Below are positions 8,225 through 17,123 of a stretch of 29,550 nucleotides of DNA, piece after piece. Position numbers and translations under genes: made by a program. Position 1 is the stretch's first letter. The number at the start of each line of letters is the position of its first letter. Origin of the DNA: Candidatus Thorarchaeota archaeon (GTDB taxonomy: Archaea; Asgardarchaeota; Thorarchaeia; Thorarchaeales; Thorarchaeaceae); assembly GCA_020348985.1 (NCBI GenBank), contig CP070761.1, positions 2,988,564 through 3,018,113 on the forward strand. The letters run 5' to 3'. The notes beneath the pieces are model-generated. The model saw nothing but the letters and a program-made list of their open reading frames with translations, searched no databases and was not told the DNA's origin.

Positions 8225-10399
8225 ATGGACGACCGCGACACCAGAGAGAATCCAGACGATGAGTTGCCTCCGTTCGAAGAAGAATGGCAATACGACATGC
8301 CAATTGAGCTGATTCCCAAGACAGTCCTCGATTATAGGCCAAGAGTCAGTGACCCTCCCGATCTACACATTGACCTGAGTGTCGGAGTAGTCCTAGGCAG
8401 ATCGGATTCATTCCATCAGGACTATCGGGGTAGTGGGCTGGGAATGATTGGGGCCATCACAGAGTCCTCCGACGACTCTTTGACATCGCTTCTTGGGATG
8501 CCCGTCAGTCTCGACCTTGTAAGTCCTCACGTCATGTTTGTATCTGGAAAGCGAGGGTCGGGGAAGAGCTATACCCTTGGAATCATAGCCGAAGAGCTGG
8601 CTAGAACCATGGAGAGGCGAGAGATCGAAGTAGCAGCTGTCGTGATTGACACAGTTGATGTCTTTAGACAATCGGTTGATCCAAATCTGGACCAAGCGGA
8701 AATGATTCAAAAGTGGGGGATGGAAGCCAGGGGCTTTCCCGTGAATGTGTACATTCCACGCCTTACTTACATTAGTCTACCGGATGAAGTCAAGAAGAAA
8801 TCCCGACTATTTCCATTGTCAATAAGTCCGTCAGAACTCTCTGCGTCAGACTGGGGATTCATTCTCGAGAAAGGTGGTCAGCTCAGCACGACAATGGAGA
8901 ATCTAATTGGTGACGTCCTGGATGGCTTAAGACGAGGTTACACGCTTGTGGATGGTGAGAAAACCGCTCCAAACCGCGACTTCAGCATTCAGGCGATGAT
9001 CAAGTGCATTGAGCTAAGTCCGCCTATTGGAGAATTATACAAACTCTCAACAAGAACTGCAATGATTCAACGACTCAGAAGAGCAGATAGGCTGGGAATC
9101 TTCCGCCCCGGCGGTACTAGCGCACAAGATCTTGCAGTGGCAGGACAGATAGCTGTCATAGACGTTGCTCCACTCGGTTCAGACGCTGAGGCTGTTTTAG
9201 CCATCTTGACAAACATGCTCTGTAGGCAAGTTCTAACATACAGAATGGCGTGGACAGAAGAAGGGACTAGTGCGAGGGAAGAACTACCTCCGACCTGGCT
9301 CATCGTGGATGAAGCTCACACATTGGTACCGCGGACTGGTTCTACGCCCGCCAAGAGCGCAATCGTAGGATATGCAAAGCTTGGGCGCAGATTCGGATGT
9401 AGCCTTGTTCTTTGCACTCAGCAGCCGTCTGCGGTTTCAGATGATGCAATATCTCAGGCTGATATCATAATTTCCCACGCACTGTCACATGACAATGACA
9501 TCAAGGCACTCCAGCAACGGGCTCCTGCAGTAATGCCAGACCAGTTTCGTGACAAAGTCTTCATCAGCAGTCTTCCTCGTGGGGTTGCCATCGCATTCGA
9601 CCAAAGCACTGAGAACAAACGTGGCTTTCTCGTTCAGATTCGGCCGAGGCTATCGCAGCACGGAGGAACAGACAGGCTATCGAGCCTCTTCGAGGCAGCT
9701 CAAATTGTGCCTATGAGTCCTGACGATGAAGTAGTTGAGGAGGCTCCGCTTGAGGGTGAAGCATTTAACGAGGAAGTGGATGAACTGCCTGCTGTTCCAC
9801 AGCCCCCTATAAAGCTGAGCAAGGAGGGATGGGACCAGCTGGAAGAACGAATGAAATCCTATGTTGAAGATCTCTTTGAGCGCGAACAGCAGGAGTTTGC
9901 CGTGACTGACGAGCCTTCGCCTGTGCCCACAGAAGCAGGCAGTCCCGATGTGAGGCCCCTCGAGTCGATAGGCAGAGAGGCCACGATTGCTATTGGGGAC
10001 GAGAGCGTTCCTGACATCGATCTGAAGGTGAAGCAGTTTGGTCCTTTGCCTCTGTCAGTGCTGGAAAAGGCAATGGTCAGGCAGGTCTTCTATTCGAAGC
10101 GTCCACGAGAGTTCCTCTTTGGCAAGCACGGAAAAAGCCGTGATGCTCTCTTCTATCGGAAAGAAGAAGTGCTCCCTGAGAAGCTGGCGGCTGCCGTTCT
10201 CAACAAACTCCTCTCTTATGGTCTAGCCTTGGATGAAGTGCACCATGACTACGGATTCACATTTGTCCTTCTTAGCAATGAAGAGGTTCGAGCTGCACTG
10301 ACTGTCTGTGAATCGGATTCGATCGCCTGTGTTCCGCTTGCTATTGTAGGTGGCGACAGGAAGACAGTGACCAGACTAGTGAGCGCTATGAAATCCTAG
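8225..10399 (+). CDS. HerA/FtsK-superfamily ATPase (DUF87-like) with acidic linker and unknown C-terminal domain
   Basis: Walker A GKRGSGKS, Walker B LIVDEAH, Arg-finger/Q motif GRRFGCSLVLCTQQPS, and R..S.HGG. ATG 8225 follows a G-rich SD. Confidence 0.88.
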   Translation: MDDRDTRENPDDELPPFEEEWQYDMPIELIPKTVLDYRPRVSDPPDLHIDLSVGVVLGRSDSFHQDYRGSGLGMIGAITESSDDSLTSLLGMPVSLDLVSPHVMFVSGKRGSGKSYTLGIIAEELARTMERREIEVAAVVIDTVDVFRQSVDPNLDQAEMIQKWGMEARGFPVNVYIPRLTYISLPDEVKKKSRLFPLSISPSELSASDWGFILEKGGQLSTTMENLIGDVLDGLRRGYTLVDGEKTAPNRDFSIQAMIKCIELSPPIGELYKLSTRTAMIQRLRRADRLGIFRPGGTSAQDLAVAGQIAVIDVAPLGSDAEAVLAILTNMLCRQVLTYRMAWTEEGTSAREELPPTWLIVDEAHTLVPRTGSTPAKSAIVGYAKLGRRFGCSLVLCTQQPSAVSDDAISQADIIISHALSHDNDIKALQQRAPAVMPDQFRDKVFISSLPRGVAIAFDQSTENKRGFLVQIRPRLSQHGGTDRLSSLFEAAQIVPMSPDDEVVEEAPLEGEAFNEEVDELPAVPQPPIKLSKEGWDQLEERMKSYVEDLFEREQQEFAVTDEPSPVPTEAGSPDVRPLESIGREATIAIGDESVPDIDLKVKQFGPLPLSVLEKAMVRQVFYSKRPREFLFGKHGKSRDALFYRKEEVLPEKLAAAVLNKLLSYGLALDEVHHDYGFTFVLLSNEEVRAALTVCESDSIACVPLAIVGGDRKTVTRLVSAMKS

Positions 10400-10485
10400 A
10401 TTGCACATGGGAACTCTGGGACGCATTACGGGCGTTACATCAGCATTATGTATAGTTATAAGGGAAGCACCCGGAGTCCCACTCG

Positions 10486-10851
10486 GTGCAAAAAGTGAGT
10501 AAGGCAGACATTCGTCCACCAGTCAACCTGAAACTTGCATCTATGCGTGACCTCGCTAGAATGCTGGTGTCTTGGTCTCAGAGGGACCGGCCCGCAAGCA
10601 TGCTCTACTTCGAGCACAACGGCAAGCACATCTATGGGACCCTGATTTCGAATCATGGCTACTATGAGTACTACGGGATGCCAATGTGGGTCTACACTGA
10701 AGGCGAAGGGCCTCCTGAAGGCAACTTCCTTTCGTACAAGTCAAGACCTGAAGAGTCTGTTCAGTTCATGCAAGCCATCGAATCTGAACCGATGGTTGTC
10801 TATCTACCAATCATCACGCTTGCAGACAAGCTTGAAGTCCTTGACCTATAA
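10486..10851 (+). CDS. Small archaeal hypothetical protein
   Basis: 121-aa ORF; TATA-like TTATAAG at 10456-10462, about 24 nt before the GTG start (leaderless geometry). From memory it resembles uncharacterised small TACK-archaeal proteins (S.DLAR...P.YY...PII). Confidence 0.75.
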   Translation: MQKVSKADIRPPVNLKLASMRDLARMLVSWSQRDRPASMLYFEHNGKHIYGTLISNHGYYEYYGMPMWVYTEGEGPPEGNFLSYKSRPEESVQFMQAIESEPMVVYLPIITLADKLEVLDL

Positions 10852-10869
10852 GTCGCGCCCTCTGCTGTC

Positions 10870-10893
10870 CTTGTCCGTATCAAAGTGGACAAG
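10870..10893. terminator. Possible hairpin between convergent genes
   Basis: CTTGTCC-N10-GGACAAG, a 7-bp stem with no U-tract. Confidence 0.2.
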
Positions 10894-10956
10894 TCAGTAT
10901 CAACCTCAAATCACCCTCTGTGACTGTTCTTGGGAAGTCCAAGTGAAGCGGTCAAG

Positions 10957-11922
10957 CTATTGTGTAAAATCCATTTCAATCCCAAGCTTTCTGACAAGGT
11001 CCTTGTATCGATTTCTAATTGTTACCTCTGTAACACTTGCTGCATTACTTATCTCGCGTTGAGTACGTCTATCATTCTCTAAGATGCAGGATATGTACAA
11101 TGCTGCGCCCGCGATGCCCGCAGGGGCTTTTCCATCTGTGACGCCTACTCTTCTTGCGTCATCGATAATCGAGGCAGCTCTAGTCACAGTTCTCCCCTTA
11201 AGCCCCAAATCAGAAGAAATCCGAGGTATCAGAGTTATAGCTGAAGGCACTGGGACTCGTATACCTGTGCCCCGCAGAATCCTCCTAACGGACATTCCTA
11301 GTCCTTTCTTGTCTACCTTTGCCACAGAAGCGATTTCAGCAAGCTGTCTTGGTGCCACATGAATTCGACATGACAGGTAGATCGATGCGGCAACAATACC
11401 ATCGATGCTTTGTCCTCTGACTAGTCTCTTGTCAAGAGCCTTTCTATAGATGTGAGCCGCGGTTTCTCTAATACTGTTTGGAATTCCCAATTGTGAGCTC
11501 AGTCTATCCAATTCACTCATAGCCAGTTTGAGATTCCTTTGTTTCGAGTCGTGTGTCTGACTTCTGATTTGCCATTTGCGCATTCTGTAGATTGCTGTAC
11601 GCCCCTTGCCCCCAAGGGACCGACCATTTGCATCTTTGTTGCCCCAACCGATTACTGTTGATAGTCCCTTGTCTGCGCGTCTGAGAGACATTGGTGCACC
11701 CGTTCTAGCTCTGAGGTCTCTCTCTTCTCGTGAGAAAGCTCTCCATTCAGGACCTGTGTCAGCCATTCCATGGGCCAAGACCGACCCGCAAGAGACACAT
11801 ATTCTCTCGCCACGAGTTCTGTCCTCAACAAGCTCTCCGTTGCCACAATTTGGGCATACCGCGGAAAGGGATCGCTTCCTGACTCTCACATTAGCTGTCG
11901 TTGTCATCTTCATTTCACCCAA
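10957..11922 (-). CDS. tfb: Transcription initiation factor IIB (TFB), probably a paralog
   Basis: Zn ribbon CPNCG...CVSCG, B-reader GPEWRAF...R.RTGAP, two cyclin repeats, and the C-terminal HTH RTQREIS...VTEVTIRNRYKDL. The start may be ATG 11913 or 11907. Confidence 0.95.
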   Translation of the reverse strand: MGEMKMTTTANVRVRKRSLSAVCPNCGNGELVEDRTRGERICVSCGSVLAHGMADTGPEWRAFSREERDLRARTGAPMSLRRADKGLSTVIGWGNKDANGRSLGGKGRTAIYRMRKWQIRSQTHDSKQRNLKLAMSELDRLSSQLGIPNSIRETAAHIYRKALDKRLVRGQSIDGIVAASIYLSCRIHVAPRQLAEIASVAKVDKKGLGMSVRRILRGTGIRVPVPSAITLIPRISSDLGLKGRTVTRAASIIDDARRVGVTDGKAPAGIAGAALYISCILENDRRTQREISNAASVTEVTIRNRYKDLVRKLGIEMDFTQ

Positions 11923-11930
11923 AAAGGATT

Positions 11931-12446
11931 CTATCTTCCGTTCTCCAGCCGAAAACTCTGAATGAGATTCTTGTGAATTGGATGTTGTTTCACATCGAAA
12001 TTCCTTGGATTTGTTCTTGCTCCAACATAAACGCCAAACATGACCAATAGCCCATATGGTCCACCGTCAGGAGACGGCACAAGAGCTGCGGACCACTTCT
12101 TGCGGGAAACATTACCCCCAGTTACGAAGCTTATTGCTAGTCTCTCTATCCCAGAAAGCTCAATGGTTGACCTATTGCCAAGTTCTACTGGAGCATGACG
12201 TCCATTCTTGAAGCATCGTTCAATGTGAGTCTCTAATGATTCATAATCATGGTTCATGCTTCTATACGACCTGACCATGAATGAGAGAGGACCTCTCGGT
12301 AATCGCTCAAGAGACAGGTAGCAATTGGGAGACGGAAATCTTGACAGGATTAACCCTGTACCAGATCGATTCAACGAAAAGCCTACTGGAGGAAGGCCGT
12401 TGACAAGTGCTTCAGTTAGAGTTGAACGGATGGAATCAGAGTCCAT
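11931..12446 (-). CDS. Hypothetical protein upstream of tfb
   Basis: 171-aa ORF whose ATG directly follows the upstream TAA and which ends 8 bp before tfb. Confidence 0.6.
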   Translation of the reverse strand: MDSDSIRSTLTEALVNGLPPVGFSLNRSGTGLILSRFPSPNCYLSLERLPRGPLSFMVRSYRSMNHDYESLETHIERCFKNGRHAPVELGNRSTIELSGIERLAISFVTGGNVSRKKWSAALVPSPDGGPYGLLVMFGVYVGARTNPRNFDVKQHPIHKNLIQSFRLENGR

Positions 12447-12695
12447 TTAGTCGAGATCTCCTGGAGGCCCTTCATCTTCAGGCTCGAAATACGGACGATC
12501 TGCGCTCGTACTGTCATTGATTTCCATCTTTCCTTTTATGGCGACCCACTTAGCAAGTGGTTTCCCACTACTGGATTTTTCATCTTCCTTCATAGTCTTC
12601 ACCGTCTTCTGTTCACTGATGTCCTTCTCTAAGATCAAAGAAGCCCGTCTGCTAGTTCTGCTGAGGGATTCTGAACGATTCCCTTTCATGTCCAA
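12447..12695 (-). CDS. Small charged hypothetical protein
   Basis: 82-aa ORF abutting the next gene (TAA-ATG); minus-strand TATA-like TATTTAAG at ~12781-12788. Confidence 0.5.
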   Translation of the reverse strand: MDMKGNRSESLSRTSRRASLILEKDISEQKTVKTMKEDEKSSSGKPLAKWVAIKGKMEINDSTSADRPYFEPEDEGPPGDLD

Positions 12696-13082
12696 TCAAA
12701 ACAGACAGCACAAAGGATTTGCCGTCCCTAGCGAATCACATCTGATCCTTTCCTCGGTCGACTGGATATCAGAGAATTGACTTAAATATGCTTGCTTATT
12801 TGACCAAAAAAAGAAATCAAAATTCCGATTGGGTTCTCATAAGTTCTATAGATGCTCATTCAAATCTCGTTTCGATTGCTGACGAGCTTTCCCCACCTTT
12901 GACCGGCTCTTCAAACCATCAAAGGGGGATTCGCCGTTGTCACCGTATGTGATGACATCTGCGGGAACCTGATCCACCCATTCTGTTGTCATTCCTCCAA
13001 CAAGAGATGAATAGCAGGTGGCTCTCTTTCTGCTAGCTATGAGTGAATACAAAGAGAAACTCAGGCACTAGATGAGCGACCC

Positions 13083-13265
13083 GTGACATCGGTGTCGACT
13101 GATAGGGTCAAGGAGATAGTAGATCGACTCAGCGGACAGGATGAACCTCTGGAAGATGAGGCTGCATCTGCGCAGACAACTGCGCCCTCTGATGGACAGG
13201 TCACCGATGATCAGACTACGGAATACATCAACACGCAGAAGGAACCTCCGGACGCTACTAACTAG
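13083..13265 (+). CDS. Small acidic hypothetical protein (start uncertain)
   Basis: 60-aa acidic ORF in an otherwise empty gap, convergent on the NUDIX gene. Confidence 0.35.
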   Translation: MTSVSTDRVKEIVDRLSGQDEPLEDEAASAQTTAPSDGQVTDDQTTEYINTQKEPPDATN

Positions 13266-13315
13266 CACTTATCCGAAACCAATGCTGCAGACCTTGCATT
13301 GTTCAGCAGACTTGT

Positions 13316-13750
13316 TCATCGTTTTGACGACCAATAGGTTCCCTTCTGCTTGAGCCACAGTTTCAGGTCTGTTACTATCAGGTCGTGATCGAACCCTAGG
13401 TCTCCCTGTCCAAGGCTAGACAGATTTCTCCATTCGGCCTCAGCCGCATCGTCTCCACCCTGAGGTTCTCCCTCTATCGGTTTTGCCACGAATACGACGT
13501 TCACATGATGCTCTCTAGGGTCTCTGTCCGGGGCACTATAGACACCAAGAATCTCCTGCAGCTCCACTCGCACACCTGTTTCTTCCAAGACCTCCCTTAC
13601 TGCGGCATCCTCAACGGTTTCATTGTAGTCAACAAAACCCCCGGGGAAAACCCACTTCCCTTTGAATGGCTCCTTGGCCCGTTTGACAAGAATCACTCTC
13701 TTACCGTCAGTCACTGCGACATCGATTGTTGGCTTCGGATTTCTGTACAT
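13316..13750 (-). CDS. NUDIX hydrolase (ADP-ribose pyrophosphatase-like)
   Basis: Nudix box GGFVDYNETVEDAAVREVLEETG, plus RDPR, GGDDA and FDH. ATG 13750 lies 1 nt after the upstream stop. Confidence 0.92.
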   Translation of the reverse strand: MYRNPKPTIDVAVTDGKRVILVKRAKEPFKGKWVFPGGFVDYNETVEDAAVREVLEETGVRVELQEILGVYSAPDRDPREHHVNVVFVAKPIEGEPQGGDDAAEAEWRNLSSLGQGDLGFDHDLIVTDLKLWLKQKGTYWSSKR

Positions 13751-13751
13751 C

Positions 13752-14792
13752 TCAATACATCTCCCTCGAGGATGCTCTTGCAAAGTTGACAAAAGCCACG
13801 CCGGCGAAGAGCAAGAATGCCAGCCAGATAACAACGGTCTCAATTAGCCGAGTCTTGAAGAATAGCTCGACTACCAGGAATAGTCCTATGATGAAGATGT
13901 TAGAAGCTCCACCCATTGTGCTAGAGTCTTTCACTCCGAGAATTCTGCGCACGAGAATCATTATGACAACTATGCCCATTGATATCCAGTTTATGTACAT
14001 CGTGAAGAGGATTGACAGATCGAGAAAGTCTAAGGTTCCAAACATAGTGGGGATGTCGGGCAGATATAGGTAAAGAAACAGAGTAAACAGCAACAGCTCT
14101 CCGAATCGAATCCATCTTGTTGGTGTCTTCGTGTAGGTCGTTTCAAAGACCCCTCTTTCGTATTCTCTGGCCGCGAAGAAGATGAAGTAGATCGGGGCGC
14201 CAAAGCTCAGAGAATTCACAAGACACTGGGCAACTCCATATATCACCACAATCCAGAATGTGTTCCATGACTCAACAATAGCGGTCCACACATTGATGTA
14301 CTGCGGAAGGAATTCGAGCATAACAAACGTAGGAAGAATGCACAGTGCAATTGCTACAATTATGGCCACCACTGCAGCAAGTTTTCCTCCGCCCATCTTG
14401 CCCAATCCCACAGTATAGAAGAGGTGTCCTGCGACATAGAGCCCTCCAACCACAGCCAAGGGTGGGGCAGTCAACGGCAGAATGAAGAATACCAACACAA
14501 ACGCGGCATTGGTACCGTAGAAGACTCTCCAACGTAGCGGAACCGTACTCGTGCTATCATGCATTAGATGAATAGTATTGGCCAGTCGATAGCGAGAGTA
14601 GTAGATTAGTCCAAGCCAAGGTGACGCGAATACTAGTGGTACAACAATGAAGTGGAAAATGAGATTGTACGTGGGGTCGGCGAATGGGGCTAGCTGAAAC
14701 GGCAAGAAGATCACTAGCAGGAAGAAGTAAATGGTTGCAAAGATAGCAAGCAAAACTACTGTTAATCGGGTAATCATCCAATCCGGACTCAA
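13752..14792 (-). CDS. Multi-pass integral membrane protein of unknown function
   Basis: 346 aa with roughly 9-10 hydrophobic segments; abuts the NUDIX gene. Confidence 0.8.
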   Translation of the reverse strand: MSPDWMITRLTVVLLAIFATIYFFLLVIFLPFQLAPFADPTYNLIFHFIVVPLVFASPWLGLIYYSRYRLANTIHLMHDSTSTVPLRWRVFYGTNAAFVLVFFILPLTAPPLAVVGGLYVAGHLFYTVGLGKMGGGKLAAVVAIIVAIALCILPTFVMLEFLPQYINVWTAIVESWNTFWIVVIYGVAQCLVNSLSFGAPIYFIFFAAREYERGVFETTYTKTPTRWIRFGELLLFTLFLYLYLPDIPTMFGTLDFLDLSILFTMYINWISMGIVVIMILVRRILGVKDSSTMGGASNIFIIGLFLVVELFFKTRLIETVVIWLAFLLFAGVAFVNFARASSREMY

Positions 14793-14870
14793 TTAGTACT
14801 CGCCGACCCAATGATTAAACACATTGATATAAGTGTGCACGACCATACCGCAACGGGAGGAGAGTTCAAC

Positions 14871-15665
14871 TTGAGTAGTCAGGTTTTCAAAAGGAAGCTC
14901 TCGGCTGCCACGTTTGTGAGAAAGAGCAAGCTCATTATTGGCCTCGACTTGGTTCTTGACACGTCACGCACTGTTGAGGCGCAGTTGGAGTCGGAGAAGA
15001 ACAAACTAGAACAGAAAGCACTACAGCTAATTCAAGATACTGCAGAACATGCTGTAGCTTTCAAATTCAATCGTCACCTTGTACTGCCATTGGGCTTAAC
15101 CGACAGAATTCCACGACTCATTGAGCGAATCCATGGTGAAGGGCTTTCTGCAATTATGGACTGCAAGATCAATGATATTGGAAACACTAACGAATGGATT
15201 GCCAAGTACTACTTTGATGCTGGTTTTGATGCTGTGATTGCGAATCCGTTCGTGGGATGGGAGGGTGGCATGGACTCAGTCTTTGAGGTCGCTCGAAGCA
15301 GAATGAAGGGAGTCATTTGTCTCTGTTATATGAGTCACCCAGCCGCCGATGAGGGGTACGGTCTGGATGTTAAGATTGACAAGAAGAACTCTGAACCGAT
15401 GTATATCAGCTTTGCAAGAAGGGCCGTGAAGTGGGGTGCCGATGGCGTAATAGTCGGAGCAACTTTCCCGGATAAGATTAGAGAGATTAAGCAAGTTGTT
15501 GGTGATGAGGTACCCATTATATCTCCCGGGATTGGAGCTCAAGGCGGCGGTGTAAGAGAGGCTATGGATGCAGGCGCCTCCTATGTCATTGTTGCCAGAT
15601 CAATCGTCAACTCGGATGACCCTGCTTCGGCTGCCAGCTCTTTCGCAGCGGAAACCAGAGGCTAG
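14871..15665 (+). CDS. pyrF: Orotidine 5'-phosphate decarboxylase
   Basis: Motifs: IIGLD, DCKINDIGNT (DxKxxDIxNT), VGAT, SPGIGAQGG, IVARSI. Likely TTG 14871 after GGAGAG (track start 14811). Confidence 0.93.
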   Translation: MSSQVFKRKLSAATFVRKSKLIIGLDLVLDTSRTVEAQLESEKNKLEQKALQLIQDTAEHAVAFKFNRHLVLPLGLTDRIPRLIERIHGEGLSAIMDCKINDIGNTNEWIAKYYFDAGFDAVIANPFVGWEGGMDSVFEVARSRMKGVICLCYMSHPAADEGYGLDVKIDKKNSEPMYISFARRAVKWGADGVIVGATFPDKIREIKQVVGDEVPIISPGIGAQGGGVREAMDAGASYVIVARSIVNSDDPASAASSFAAETRG

Positions 15666-15775
15666 GTAGCTGTCCATTGGCGGACGATTGTGTACATCAA
15701 CGCTCCAAAGGCAGCACCTAGAATTGAAAAAGGTCAGAAACAGATAAAGGCTAAGTCAGCACTATTACTCACGAG

Positions 15776-15795
15776 CATGTACAAATCTGTACATG
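15776..15795. promoter_or_regulatory. Inverted repeat CATGTACA-AATC-TGTACATG ahead of the aminotransferase
   Basis: Perfect 8-bp arms with a 4-nt spacer, ending 20 bp before the start codon. Confidence 0.45.
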
Positions 15796-15815
15796 GAGCT
15801 GCATGACGGGAAGAA

Positions 15816-17123
15816 GTGGTGGAGCGCATCGCTTCCAAGGAGCAGTTTGTGATGGCAAACAAAACTGGCTATTCCTTTGCCACTTGGACTGGTTTCATCG
15901 AGGAGTCAGAGATTCGTTCTCTTCTGAGATATACTGTCAAGTACTACTTCGCTGGTGGCAAGCCTGGCATAATACCAACTGAGATTTTCGCCAACATAAT
16001 GAAGGACCTTAGCGAGAGATACAAGGCTGATCCAAAGCTCGCTCTTGAAGACTTGAACTATGGACCCACTGGAGGTCAGTCGTGGTTCCTGAAAACCCTG
16101 GCAAAGCGTCTCCATGACGTGCGGGAAGTGCCGATTGATTGTGAGACCGAATGGGAGTGTGTGACGATTACCAATGGGTCACAGCAAGCACTATATGCAC
16201 TGATTGATACAATGATTGATCCAGGTGATATCATAATCACCCCATCCCCCTCGTATTTGGGCTTTCTAGTTCCTGCAGTGAAGCTCGGGGGCAGGATCGT
16301 TACCATCCCCACAGACATGAATGGCATCATCCCCGAGTATGTGGAAAAAGCGATTCTCATATCGAAGAGGAAATTCGGGAAGACTCCGGACATTATGTAT
16401 GTCGTACCCGATTCTGATAATCCTAAGGGCACAACCCTACCTGCTAGCCGAAGAAAGAAACTCTACGATATCGCCGAGAGTCACAATATCCTGATTATCG
16501 AAGACTCGGCTTATGCTGAGATTCAATTCAAAGAGAATCCCAAACCTATCAAGACGTTCGACAAGGACAACAAACGTGTTGCGTACCTTGGTACGACTAG
16601 CAAGGAGGCAGCTGTTCTCCGGGTTGGCTATTCGGTTCTTCCAGTCAATGTAAGAGAACAAGTCCTAAAGGACAAGGGGTATCTTGACTTGTGCACTTCG
16701 ACCCTCGTCCAACGAATCCTCGATGAATACTATAAACATCACATTGATGATGCTATGAAGACTGCCATCCCGCTATACAAGGCACGATACGAAGCCATGG
16801 CTAAGGCAATCGATTCCTCGTTTCCAGCAGGTGAGCGCACTGACCCCACTGGAGGCTTCTTCATCTGGTGGCAGAGTGAGGACAAGTCCTTTAGCAGCAA
16901 GGTCTTCATGCAGGATGTGGCTATTCCAAACGACATCATCTATGTACCTGGCGGTCCATTCTACCCAATCACTGGTTACAAGCTGAATGATGGAGGGAAT
17001 GAGCTTGTACCAGCTAGGCCAGAACTCAATACAATGCGAATTGGGTACTCATACGCCGAACCAGAGCTTATCACAGAAGGGATTGAACGTTTGGGAGGCC
17101 TGCTATCCAAGGCCCTAGGTTGA
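15816..17123 (+). CDS. PLP-dependent aminotransferase class I/II (LysN/ARO8-like)
   Basis: Motifs: FAGGKP, NYGPTGG, TNGSQQAL, NPKG, IIEDSAY, GTTSK(PLP-Lys)EAAVLRVG, PTGGFFIW, MRIGYS. Confidence 0.9.
   Translation: MVERIASKEQFVMANKTGYSFATWTGFIEESEIRSLLRYTVKYYFAGGKPGIIPTEIFANIMKDLSERYKADPKLALEDLNYGPTGGQSWFLKTLAKRLHDVREVPIDCETEWECVTITNGSQQALYALIDTMIDPGDIIITPSPSYLGFLVPAVKLGGRIVTIPTDMNGIIPEYVEKAILISKRKFGKTPDIMYVVPDSDNPKGTTLPASRRKKLYDIAESHNILIIEDSAYAEIQFKENPKPIKTFDKDNKRVAYLGTTSKEAAVLRVGYSVLPVNVREQVLKDKGYLDLCTSTLVQRILDEYYKHHIDDAMKTAIPLYKARYEAMAKAIDSSFPAGERTDPTGGFFIWWQSEDKSFSSKVFMQDVAIPNDIIYVPGGPFYPITGYKLNDGGNELVPARPELNTMRIGYSYAEPELITEGIERLGGLLSKALG

Noticed and set aside
8225-10851. HerA-based anti-phage system
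   Set aside because: There is no Sir2, nuclease or DUF4297-like partner, and the context is housekeeping.
12852-13265. Frame from ATG 12852 interrupted only by three TGA codons (12900, 13008, 13044): possible selenoprotein
   Set aside because: The readthrough product resembles no selenoprotein family, the TGAs are not in redox motifs, and no convincing SECIS was seen. It is compatible with chance.
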